Origin: Albugo candida
Taxonomy: Eukaryota
Length of the DNA stretch: 64,000 nucleotides
Assembly (NCBI GenBank): GCA_040437565.1
Contig: JBDOQK010000017.1
Location: 248,001 to 312,000, forward strand
Direction of reading: 5' to 3'
Shown here one piece after another: positions 25,430 to 38,070 of the stretch. Under the pieces are notes generated by a model that made no database searches, was not told the DNA's origin, and was given only the letters and a program-made list of their open reading frames with translations. Numbering within the stretch: the stretch's first letter is position 1; every line of letters starts with the position of its first letter. Both the position numbers and the translations under genes were made by a program.

Positions 25430-28400
25430 TCACACTGTCGATTCTATCTGACTGTATTCGGTGTCGCTATTAAGGTTGAAATGAAGGATACTTTGAAATC
25501 CCCCTACGAAAAGAAGTGTGAGATACTTCTGAATAACTTTCGAGAAGCGAAACCTCCGAAGCAGTGGAAATGACGACGTGGAGAATTTGCTCTGCGTCCT
25601 CGACGTGCTCTGTAATATTGGTGCGATTCGGGAAGGAATGCGAGCAAATCGCATTCGGGAAAAAAAACTCTTTCCTCTGCGTGGTAAGAATACTCCGATT
25701 CCAACGGAACGTTCACGTTTTGGTCAGCGTGGTCCATACTGTCTGGATCTAACTATCCGACCAAGTCTCGTCGTAGCTAAATTCTCCTCCAGATATCACA
25801 CCACTGGAACACCACAACTACCGCGGCCATCCCTTCCAAAGGACAACTGCCGAAGAGCGGGGAGGGGTTGCAAGTGGACAAGGAGTCATCTAGAGGAAAA
25901 ACCATCACTACAAGGCTTAAAGAAATCAGTATAGTGAGATTGGGATATGGAAAATACAGCTGGCTCGTTCGTGTATTCAACGTCACCGTGTTGATCCATT
26001 TCGACAATTTGTTTCAGCCATGTCCTCGAGCTCTAACCGACTTGGTCACGAATGCTTACAACCTGGTTCTCGCAACCATGAAGGTGACAATTGAAGTGTT
26101 TGGCGAGCTGGTGCATGAAACCCGCTTTCAAATTATACTCCTGAAAACATAGATGCCAAAGAGGTAGCCACGTCAAAAAAAGGCTGCCCCCTTATTAGAG
26201 AGAACGTCACATCAGGTAGAACAAGCGAAGCGATCAACACGGGTTGACAAGGTTGGAGAGCTTATGGAAGTTGATTCGAAAAATCTACTTCTCATAATGC
26301 GACCAGATAAGCTGGTTCAAGAGGACGTGTACATTCCATTTGTGTGCAGGCTGGTTCTGTTCTGCACGAATCCGGACAAAATCATCCATACGCCGTCAGT
26401 TGAGGATCCGAGAAGTCTGAACGGTAATCTACTCCCGTGTATGGATTTGAATGAGAAAGCGTTCAATGAATTGGTGCATCTACTGATAATCAATCGCGTA
26501 TATGCTTCTCGTGATTAAATGAAGATGTAACGTTATCAAAGCGATATAGTCGCCATGTCGTTAAAAATGTTTTATCAAAGCGTGACGTGATGTTTGTGCA
26601 AATAGCGTCATAGTGGAAGTCAGTGCCGTAATTAGTTGTTGGTTTGCCAAGAGCAACGAAAGTTTTTTCTATCATGGAATTGATACTCATATGTATTGTC
26701 CCCTCTCTTTTTCCAGATGATCCTTGAGTCCAATTTGACACTGAAAAGGAAGTGCGATTGGATTGGGGCCATCATTATCGATTATTGCCAGCCAATGTGC
26801 TCCTATCGATGTCAAGCTCAGCGACGAATTTTAAGTGCTAATCGCAATGGCTTGTCGGTATATGCCGAGAAGCTCGTAATCGATATAGACGAACTCTCCG
26901 TAAAGCATTACTTTTTCTGGGAGAATTTGCAACAATTCACCCCTGCATGCAAGATAGTGAAATGAAGTTGATTGCTGGTCCACTGCGACGTGAATACTAA
27001 GGACTGCTCGATTTTTCCAACGTGGAATTCATCTCAATGTTCACGGTGAATGTCAATGAAAATCATCCGATGGTCATCTTATATCGATCACGTCATCCCA
27101 CAGCACTACAGTTCTGTGTTCAAGAAACCAAGATTCACGATCGCAACCAGCTGAAATCATCACACATTTTATCACATTAAAAATTGCAGGGTTAAACGGT
27201 TTTCAGTAATAACAGCAGTGCAATTTGCATCCAGCTAAGAATCGCAGTGGCGGTGTTACAACAATTCTTCGTTCGGACATTCCTGATTATTTAACAGCTT
27301 GGAAAAACCCACCGAATAAAGCATTCGAAATCACTTTTTGGGTTAGCGTCCTCCCGTTCACGGTGCATTGATCTATCTTATAAATGCATATGCACCGGCC
27401 AAGACCGATAAAATTGTGCTTTTCTTTCAGCTGTTTTTCTCCAGCACTTTTGCAACGCTCGGAAGACATTTGAAATTGGTGATCTATTTAAAACATCACT
27501 CGATCCAGCTATGGATGCTTGGAGTGAAACAATTCGGCACGAGTTTAACCAATTAGCGTAATTAGAATGGCTTCCGCAATCAGGTGTGGTCGACGATTGG
27601 AGAATCCAGCATCCTATTGAAGAAGTATTCCCAGGACCATGACCGCCAAAGAGCCGTCTAGATTACATGTCTGTAGAGCTGTTCAAATCATCCCTCCACG
27701 ACATGCGGGAGATCATCTAGACCCAAAATACCTTTTACGAATTGAATCTAATCTCCGGGGCACGGACATTTGGAATTAGCATTACGACTATGTGAATATC
27801 CTCAAGTTATCGAAGCAATCAAATGGAAAGCGAAATTTGTGCTCGAACAGTTGCGGACAACTTCCAATCCCGGAAGCATGCGGGAAAGGTGGAAGACGAA
27901 AAAAAAGAACGCGCTTTAAGAGTCGAGAAAAACCTGTTAGACGATAGCCGACCTGATGTGGGCTCTTGACAGCGTGCTTTGGAAGCCTCATCTGCTTGAA
28001 ATCGCACTACATACACTAATCATTCACGTAATTTTTTCGAACGGAGCGTCCAATGATTCAAAATTTTGAGCACAACAATGTCAAATAAAGCAAGATCAGA
28101 GCTTCGATCATTATGTAAGCACGGAGAAATACTCCGAAAAACATTTTTTCTCCCTTCGGATCGTTCTTGTCGTCGCGTCCCCAATAGAAAAGGTCATCAA
28201 AACATGTGGCCTGGCGACATCGAATCCGAGGGAAATGATTGACAAATTTAGGGATTAATTGGGATCTTGTCATGGGCACTTTTTATAGCTCCGATACCGA
28301 CTCAGCTGATACGTGAGACGGAAATATGAAAAACTACTAGATTCGATTCAAGTTGCACTTCCGTCAGAAGAGCAACGCCGACTCTCAACTCGCCTAAGTA

Positions 28401-30600
28401 GGACCGAAATCGCTGAATCGATCAAGCGCATGCGAATTACATTCCTTTCCAGGTATAGATGGACTACCAGATGCATTTGATCAGCTTCATTCGGACACGT
28501 TTGCCGAGTGTATGAAGATCGTATTCGAATATCAGCTAGGAAGAGGTATCCTAGTTCGATCGCAACGTCACTCGGCAATCACATTGTTCTAAAAAGAATG
28601 ATCACGAGGTGATTCTGGAATCTTTCGACCGATCGCACTGCTTTGTGGGGGGGGGGGTGAAAGTACTTTGAAAAGTGTCGGCGCATTGATTACACTCCTT
28701 CTTGCCAAAAATGGTCCAAGAAGATCAAAAATCCTTTTATAGAGGATGATCGATGCGCCATCACAATTCGACATCGTACCGACATAGAAGACTTGGTCAA
28801 TCATCATGGGAAGAAAGCGTATGCGACTTTAATCAATTTTGAAGAAGCTTGTAATCGAGTCAATTAGATATACATGTTTCCCCTACTGGAAAAAATGCGC
28901 GTTGGGAAACGTTTCATTGAATGGTCTCGTCTTTTGTACACCTACATAGCGCACTTCTAACGATCAACGACAATATCACACCGTCCATTACACCACAACG
29001 TGGAGTGAAAAACCTGATCCTCTCTCATCATGTGTTTTTCTCATGAAGATCGAACCTTTATAAATTACCTCGACAGCATGAAGAACATTGTATTTGTATC
29101 AATGGCACGACTGTCTCTACTAGATTATTCTCGCGGACGATTTGACATTGCTTTCCTAAACACCAAATGATGTTTTGACGCATCTCCACGTCGTTCGACT
29201 CTATTGCGATGGATCTGTTGCTAGAGTCACCTTGAGCGAATCATCCTTGCTCCTGCTTAATCGGACCATGCCTTTTTTACGTATGCCCAATTTGACCACA
29301 ATGGGTCGGGAGGATTCGGTCAAATGTTTAGGCATTTTGTTCGGCTATGCACCACATTTGATGGTTATTGCAACTCTCGACAAACGTTTTTATGATGGTT
29401 TTGGTGTATGTTTTCGACGAACTAAAGAGATCCTTAGTCGACTATTGATTGCTCAAATGATAATTACAGCTGTGACATTTCACGATGCATGCGGACATAA
29501 CATCGGAGGCCATCGACAGCAGCACTTGATGCAAAATCGATTCTTGCTTGGTCGGGAAAACAAAAACTTTTTGACGCACGTTCAACTGATCAGCAAAGTA
29601 TATTCTATACCTTCGTCTACGAGATAATATCACATCATATTCTTTTGGTGGAAAAATGGATTTAAAAGTGGCATCAGATAGATTGGAGCATTATAATGTT
29701 AGATTTGGATCTTCTCCAATGTTTTTGTTATCACACAGAACACCCGATGTGATTCTACTACGATCAGAAATTGAGCTATGAAACCGCTACTCATAGTGAT
29801 TCGGGTACGCAAAGCGTTTGGTGCAATCTTGGCATGGTAAGAAGAATCAAATTCCTCACTCCGGACAACGATCGCTACAGCCTTCACGATCCGAAGCTGT
29901 GAGTACGTCTTTCGAGCTTGTGATAAATAGCTTATGTAGAAAGCATTCGTCGCCACATACTACACGACGAAGAGCTGACACTATCGGATATGACTGAAGA
30001 AATGTTCGTGACGACTTATTGTCGATGCTACAAAGCCTTCGCTTAGATACTACAGCGTATCCACTTGACGATCGATCTCAACACTTGGATTCAACCAAGC
30101 TCTGGTATTAGATCGTTTTCTTGACGTACAAAGCAAGAAGAGGGAGTATTTTCGTCCTACTTTTCACGTCACCAACTATCACGACTTGGTGGACACCTCC
30201 CGACCCAGCCAAGTGTCACTCCACCTCATTGGTCTTTACGGAAGAGATCAGACGCACTAGACACAGAGCGAGTTCGAACATTCACAGTATGGCTACATCA
30301 TGGTAACTTCGTAAGCGTTTCTTTTCGATTTTTGATGACGTCCAATTTTGTCTTGTCCAATGGACCTTACCGGCTCAATCGCGTTTCTGGGTTTCTAGAG
30401 GTACTCAACAGAATTATATTGCGCACTCACCCTTGGCGTGGATAAGTTGAGTCGGATCAACATCTCTTTCTCGGGTGTGTTCACTCACCACACTATGGCA
30501 GGAGCTGCTCGCTTTTTGGGATCGGTTTTCCCTATCCCGTCCACTTCGATGCTTATTGCACGTGCTATCGTGTCAGCATCACGGTCGAAGTGAAGAGACT
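25430..30600 (+). mobile_element. Heavily decayed L1/Tx1-type non-LTR retrotransposon (ORF1 remnant, APE endonuclease ~27037-27700, RT ~28600-29400); ends approximate
   Basis: Motif remnants in order: FTVNVN, VQETK, SGGV, LINAYAP, VDDWR, SRLDY (APE), then NFEEA..RVN, QRGVK..DPLS, ADDLTLL and VKCLGILFG (RT). Confidence 0.82.
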
Positions 30601-32520
30601 TTCAGCAAATTATACTAACCCATAAGACAGACATTTGAAGCAATGACGATACACTATATCGAGCAGATAGAAAAACGTCGACGTTTCGAGCACCGATCAG
30701 CAAGTCCGGCAATATCACAACTTTCCGCAATTTACGCCATATTTTTGCGCACATTCAGTACTTCGAACGGCAATGTCACGATCAAGACAAGCGCACTCAG
30801 CTTGGAAGTGCAATTCGCAACGGAGGGATCGTTCGCTGAAGATTTGAAAGGTCGACGAGCCGCTGCTGCTTGTCCGGCACATACAAGTAGAAATGCAATT
30901 TGCAACTCCAAAATTAGTATTTTTTTAAGGAATTCATAACACTGTTTATCGGATTCTCTAACTGCCTTCCTTATCCTATCATGAGCACATGACCGTGTGA
31001 ATATCACTTAAGTCTGACTTCAAACCTANNNNNNNNNNNNNNNNNNNNNNNNNNNNNNNNNNNNNNNNNNNNNNNNNNNNNNNNNNNNNNNNNNNNNNNN
31101 NNNNNNNNNNNNNNNNNNNNNNNNNNNNATATTCTTTTGGTGGAAAAATGGATTTAAAAGTGGCATCAGATAGATTGGAGCATTATAATGTTAGATTTGG
31201 ATCTTCTCCAATGTTTTTGTTATCACACAGAACACCCGATGTGATTCTACTACGATCAGAAATTGAGCTATGAAACCGCTACTCATAGTGATTCGGGTAC
31301 GCAAAGCGTTTGGTGCAATCTTGGCATGGTAAGAAGAATCAAATTCCTCACTCCGGACAACGATCGCTACAGCCTTCACGATCCGAAGCTGTGAGTACGT
31401 CTTTCGAGCTTGTGATAAATAGCTTATGTAGAAAGCATTCGTCGCCACATACTACACGACGAAGAGCTGACACTATCGGATATGACTGAAGAAATGTTCG
31501 TGACGACTTATTGTCGATGCTACAAAGCCTTCGCTTAGATACTACAGCGTATCCACTTGACGATCGATCTCAACACTTGGATTCAACCAAGCTCTGGTAT
31601 TAGATCGTTTTCTTGACGTACAAAGCAAGAAGAGGGAGTATTTTCGTCCTACTTTTCACGTCACCAACTATCACGACTTGGTGGACACCTCCCGACCCAG
31701 CCAAGTGTCACTCCACCTCATTGGTCTTTACGGAAGAGATCAGACGCACTAGACACAGAGCGAGTTCGAACATTCACAGTATGGCTACATCATGGTAACT
31801 TCGTAAGCGTTTCTTTTCGATTTTTGATGACGTCCAATTTTGTCTTGTCCAATGGACCTTACCGGCTCAATCGCGTTTCTGGGTTTCTAGAGGTACTCAA
31901 CAGAATTATATTGCGCACTCACCCTTGGCGTGGATAAGTTGAGTCGGATCAACATCTCTTTCTCGGGTGTGTTCACTCACCACACTATGGCAGGAGCTGC
32001 TCGCTTTTTGGGATCGGTTTTCCCTATCCCGTCCACTTCGATGCTTATTGCACGTGCTATCGTGTCAGCATCACGGTCGAAGTGAAGAGACTTTCAGCAA
32101 ATTATACTAACCCATAAGACAGACATTTGAAGCAATGACGATACACTATATCGAGCAGATAGAAAAACGTCGACGTTTCGAGCACCGATCAGCAAGTCCG
32201 GCAATATCACAACTTTCCGCAATTTACGCCATATTTTTGCGCACATTCAGTACTTCGAACGGCAATGTCACGATCAAGACAAGCGCACTCAGCTTGGAAG
32301 TGCAATTCGCAACGGAGGGATCGTTCGCTGAAGATTTGAAAGGTCGACGAGCCGCTGCTGCTTGTCCGGCACATACAAGTAGAAATGCAATTTGCAACTC
32401 CAAAATTAGTATTTTTTTAAGGAATTCATAACACTGTTTATCGGATTCTCTAACTGCCTTCCTTATCCTATCATGAGCACATGACCGTGTGAATATCACT
32501 TAAGTCTGACTTCAAACCTA
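29637..32520. other. Gap-flanking duplication 29637-31028 = 31129-32520
   Basis: Identical ORFs at offset 1492; both copies abut the 100-N gap. Confidence 0.85.
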
Positions 32521-32656
32521 AGGAGGCAGATATTTTTCAAGCTTATTTCTTGGGTGGGCTCAAACCGCTGCCCACACTGCCGGAGGTCGTTAGTTAGACC
32601 TCCAGTAGGGGTCCGTGTGCTCAAGTGCTCAACCGACTGAGCTGGGGCGGAACCCT
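32414..32656 (-). mobile_element. Full-length tRNA-derived SINE with 16-bp TSD
   Basis: Similar to 63555-63796 throughout. Flanked by CTCCAA(A/G)ATTAGTATT at 32398-32413 and 32657-32672. Its 3' part is repeated at ~30922-31028 by the gap duplication. Confidence 0.9.
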
Positions 32657-34479
32657 CTCCAAGATTAGTATTGTTGGATGGCGCTGTTCACCTAGTGTGG
32701 TGACTACCAAATTGGCAAGCACGGTACTTCTTGACAGTTCACCTTTGCGCTCTGGAACCTGTTTCGTCTTGTAATGTTTGAGGCAGTCGCGATTCTGGGC
32801 TTGTCAGCAGAAAAGATATCGTATCATCTCTTACAGGCACTTTATGTATTGTTTGAGATAGACTAGGCATCTACAGAATTCAAGTACTCTAAGTAAATAG
32901 AAACCTTCAACATAGCTGGGGTGGATCGCTCGTAAATCATATGGGCAAGATAGTTCGGTTTGTAGTGACTGGATGCAATAGAACGGTGGTTGGCCTATGA
33001 TATTATCTACCTTCAATCGGCCTTTTTTGTCGGTGTTATGCCATCAAGAACAAAATGATGCGTGGCTAATTCTACAAAGTCTCATATTACCATAAGAAAA
33101 AGCGCTTGAAGATAATAGATCTAGTCATATGGACCCGCTTTTCAGGAATTGACGTGTACGTTCATCGAACGGGCATCCCGACAGGGATATAATTTAGTTT
33201 ACTTGTTACATCCAATCATGGCAATGTAACCATTTATCCTTATCAACAACACGAAGTCCAGCTGTTCACAACTCATGGATTGATCTCAATTATCACACCA
33301 TAAGAAGCGGGGTAGAACAAACCACGACGTTAAAACATACTGTATGTCGCTGCAATTGGATGCTTTTGATGTCAATGGAGTCAAGAAACTTTTCGTTGCA
33401 TCTGTGCAAGACCAAAGGATGCAATTCTAATAAGAAAACAAAATAATAGGGCTTGCATGCGGAGCGCTGGACTATCATTGAAAACAAAGCTGTACGGCAT
33501 TAATGCTTCACTTATATGTATATACAGTCCCTGTCAATTATCAACTCACTTTTTTGACCAAGATGAACACCATCAACGTGGGATTATTTCGACAACTATT
33601 GTGCCTCAGATTAATACGGAAGACGTCAACATTGCTCGTATATTCCACACAATCTCCTATATATCGTCAATACAATTTTAAGCTCTTGAGAGAATCAACA
33701 ATCAACCTGCTGTGAAGAGGAAGAGGAGGTGCGAGTTGGGGTCGATATCGCATTACTTGAACATGTCGGTGAGCACTTTTGACTGAAAGAAAATTTTGAT
33801 ACGTGCGTCAGTCAATAATTTTTTTTCAGATGATGCGCTGAAGTACGATAAGTTCTTTGGTTAAACTCATCATTACGAGTATTGTGTAAATTGAAACGGG
33901 CTTTCTTCTTGTAGAAATACCTTTTCAATCAAAGCGCTTGAGAGAATACTGATTGAAGCGAAACACGATTTATCATATAGTCGATTTCTATGTTTCAAAG
34001 TGAGCTCTTATCATATTCAAAATTATCATCCAACGATATTGGAAAAATACTGAGCCAAAGAATACCACAGGAACGATACGAAGAGCAAACATATTTATAT
34101 CGGCATTCTTGCCAATATGCGATGCAGCAATGCCATATTCAAGGTCCCATCCATTTNNNNNNNNNNNNNNNNNNNNNNNNNNNNNNNNNNNNNNNNNNNN
34201 NNNNNNNNNNNNNNNNNNNNNNNNNNNNNNNNNNNNNNNNNNNNNNNNNNNNNNNNAGTAATTTTGAGAAATATGTCAAGACACGAAATGAAAGGATAGA
34301 AACGGACCCAGTGACTTTAAGAGTCCTGTGGATATTCAATATATTGATGCATGTCTGCCTAATAGAGTACTGAAGCCACTCAGATTAGCATCGGGTGATC
34401 AAGGTATAATCAAGCACGGTTTTGAGCCTCAAATACTTTCCATTTAACGACTCAGTAGTCAATTTGCATATAAACGCTG

Positions 34480-35500
34480 ATAGATAAATTGGAACGAGAC
34501 GCGCGCCATCGATCTTGAGAGTCGACCTACCAGATCAAAAATGAATTGGACATGCAAAACGGCGATCCATTGAAGGGATTGAGTCCGGGAATAGAAAGGC
34601 GCAAGAGACTAGTAAGCACATCAGAGACCGTGCGAGAGTACGTCGATGATGCAAAGAAATGGTGACATGAGACGTTTGAAGAGTGTAGCGACTTGGCGCG
34701 TGAAAAAATGAACATTTTGGTAAGGAAGCTAGTGATGTCGGTCGCAATGCCAAAGAGCGCTTGAGAGAGTATGGTGAAGCTGTTTGGGATGGTGAGAGGC
34801 CTCACCGACCAAGCGCGCGATAGAGAGTATGCTGCAGGAGATCAAGCCGGAGAGTATGGGAAAGCGTCCGTGACCGTGTTGGTGAAAACAGTGATTCTGC
34901 TCGTGAGACCACGAGCGAATATGCTGAGAGTGCGCAGCGACAAATATAAGATGCAAGGGATTACGTGCGTAGTGTTGCAGAGAACGCAATGGATCGAGCA
35001 GAGGAATAGGGGGAGAAAACCAACGAGAAATTGGGAAAGTTAAGTGATCACACTCACGAGCAATTCGATGAATGGAGCGCACGCTCAAGAGCGCGTACTA
35101 AAGATGCTCGTGAGTGGACGAATGACCCTCGAGAGAGTACGAAGAAAACTGTGAATCACGCGCAAGAAAGAGTCAAAGATACAGTGTACGGGAAGCTGGA
35201 TACAACAAAAGTTGCCGACAATAGGTGTGTGTCACTTCCGATGGGATATGAAGCTTGCACACATCAAGCTGCGTAGATTGTTACTCTTCTCGCATTCACG
35301 AGCGCGATTTTTTCCTTCATGTCGTTGCGAGACAACTAATAAATCATAACAAAATTGAAATTAATAACAAAATAATTAATAAATCCACAAAAATGAAGGC
35401 AGCAGCTAAAAACAGAAGGAATGATGCAGGATAGCAAAGACGCTACAGTGCAGTCTTTGCAGCAAGCTGATCAGGATCGGAAGAAACCAAAGAAGGTAAA
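34480..35500 (+). pseudogene. LEA-like pseudogene (copy 1)
   Basis: Colinear with the intact gene 53156-54175 (DEWSARSRARTKDAREWTND, RCVSLPMGY). It has multiple stops and frameshifts and has lost the start. Confidence 0.88.
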
Positions 35501-35699
35501 TTACTGTTGGTGTGATCAAGTATGTCTCATCACAACTGCGCACTTCGTCTTTCCTTATAAACTTGCATTTTTTTTCAGTATATGTGCGGTAGATTTTTTA
35601 TTTGCGCTGAATATAAAATTGGAGGAAGAAAATAACTCTTCGGTGATGAGCTGCTTTAGAGGATACAGAGAGAATAAATGTCGTGATGTATACGAGACC

Positions 35700-36800
35700 C
35701 ACCCTTGTGTCTATCCATTTCTGTCTATTTGATGAGAAACTTATAAAAAGGGAGAGGGTGACTAATAAAAGACGTCATATTTGAGGTAAACAAGAGGAAG
35801 ATACCCAACGAATTTTCTGCTGTTGAAAGTGATTTCAGAAGACATCTGACTTGCTAATGCGTAGTCTCGTATTCCTATATCAAATATATTCACCATAACT
35901 ACAGACAAGCCGTCCAAAGTTCATATGAACGCAGGCTTGAAGGTTTATTTGGTAGATGATGACTTGTCCATCTGTTTTTACGCGGTAACTTGTAGCTTAG
36001 TGAAAAAAGACAGTCTGATGATAGGAGATAACTTCCACTGTGGATCATTGGCAACATTATACCGTTGTTATGGTAAGAGATGGATACTTGAAGGCAGATC
36101 GCAAGATCTGTGTGTCGTAGTTAAGCGCATCATTTCTAGCAACGATGTATTCCTAGATGTATTCCCATTGTACGCATATTTCTTCTAAGTATCGTTCTGA
36201 AAACCTCACTCCATTGAATAGGTGGTCAAGCCATGTAAACATTTGCGCTGCAAAAACGTGTTTTCTATATTTAAAGACGCTTGTAAAGTGGCAGACACTT
36301 TCTTCTCTAGACACTTTATGATTATGCGAATCGCTTGAAAACGTTGAATACATGCAGCATCAATGGAAAGTACGAAGGAACAGATACAAACACATATCCA
36401 ACTGTATACATTAATACTAGTGCGAAACAGAAAGGGGTCTTTTCTTCGGCTACAACCCAGCACAACTAGTCTCTCAAACAATTCACATTCGTCGTAAAGC
36501 GATAAGAATCAATATATGCGAAGATTTTCGCTGCTCACATAAAATCAACCCGACATTCTCGTCCTATGTGGCAACGTGTCTTCAAATTGGAAAAGCGAAG
36601 GCATTCTGTGTATGATCAACGTTAAGGCTGTTATGGATCGAGCACGTTTTCTAAAAAATTTGGGTTATTTGAAGCTAGTAGTCTTGCGCTATCCAAACAA
36701 TAGCATATTTCTAAGCTTGAGGATTTGAAAGAAACGATCTGTATGCAGCATGAAAACTACCTAAATTATTATGCTGAGAAATATTGTTGGAAACGCCAAA
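35700..36800 (+). pseudogene. Decayed gene X of unknown family; copies at ~45390-46570 (+) and ~51990-52990 (-)
   Basis: Three homologous copies retain shared coding-like fragments (VYLVD..LS..Y...CSLVK; PLYAYF/ALYAYF; ICM.HE.YLNYYA). All are interrupted. Confidence 0.5.
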
Positions 36801-37851
36801 GTGACCCGATAGTCAAGCACATATGAGGTGAAATCTGCTGCCAAGTCAGCAATCAGTTGGAGCGTCTTACGATTTGCAAAATCTTCAGAACCTACTTCCT
36901 GATTTTGTGCGCAGACAGTTTTTTCATCTTTCCCTTCTACACAGATCCAATCGGGAATATTTGGTTGATGCTAATTTGCAGAAGCAACATCGTGCTGTGC
37001 ATTCACAATGAATGCACAATCTTGTGGCTATACAAAAACTTCGATTATCCGATATGATTCCATTGGGTGTTGCTGACATTTTGCCTCCAATTTGTGCTTT
37101 AGCATCGAGGGTTGATCTTTTCTTTGAAACCGCAACTATGTAGAAGGGCTGTGTTGTTGCAGTAATTTGTGGGGCTGTACATTGATACTTTTATCGTATT
37201 TTCGGTATTTTATGCTCCAAAGCCAACCTTCTAAGCGAGCATGTCATGAAAAACCCAAGATAAGGCTTCCATTGTATGTTTGGTTTATAACTGATAGAGC
37301 ATTCACGCAGTTACGCCCGGTCCTATTTTTTGTCGTTCCATTTACTACATCAGCTACTTTTGATGGAAAAGCTGCGATTAGTCCGCTTAATATTATGCTG
37401 ATCTTGACTGATCTTAGGAAATACATATATTCGTAGCGTTGCTAAATCTCACATAACGTTCAGGTATCAACATGATAGACACGGAATTTCATTTCTATCT
37501 CTAGCGATAAATGCACGAAAAAAAAGCAATTGAAGTTAACAACGTCACAAGTCCGCAATACATTCTAAGTTAGATAGAGGTGCGAAGAATTTATAGCAGA
37601 TATGATCGGCTTTGAAGTAAATTGTGGAATCATAAGCACTCACCCTATTCATAATTCTGTCGATCTAAGTTGCTCTTTTATCTTTCCATGTACTAAACGG
37701 GCCTCTCATCTGCAAACATTCATAGAATTCCTCCGCTAATGCAGATAAAAAAATGTTATACACTCGACTGCTGCTGCCATCTCGCTAAAATGTGTCTTTT
37801 CATTAGTCAGTCTTCATTCGCAATCACTTATCAGTTTATCACTCAGGTACT

Positions 37852-38070
37852 TGTTTTCCAGGATTTCATTACACTGTATATCTGGTTCTTGAATATCTTC
37901 CTAGAGTATCAGGAACCCCTGACCGTGTGGATGTCACTTGAGGCTGTCTTCAAACCTAGGGAGGCAGATATTTTCCAATCTTTTTGCTCGGATAGTCTCA
38001 AACCGCTGTCCTCGAACCAGCGATCTCCAGCATGGGATGCGCTTTCTTAAAGACGGAGCTGGAGTGGACA
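37852..38070 (-). mobile_element. Older, diverged SINE copy
   Basis: Matches the SINE body (CTTCAAACCTAGGGAGGCAGATATTTTCCAA) and a degenerate head. Absent from the paralogous block at ~51570. Confidence 0.8.

Noticed and set aside
29700..32656. Adjacent L1/Tx1 LINE as the SINE's partner through a shared 3' tail
   Set aside because: The two are on opposite strands, the SINE has its own TSD, and no shared 3' sequence was seen.
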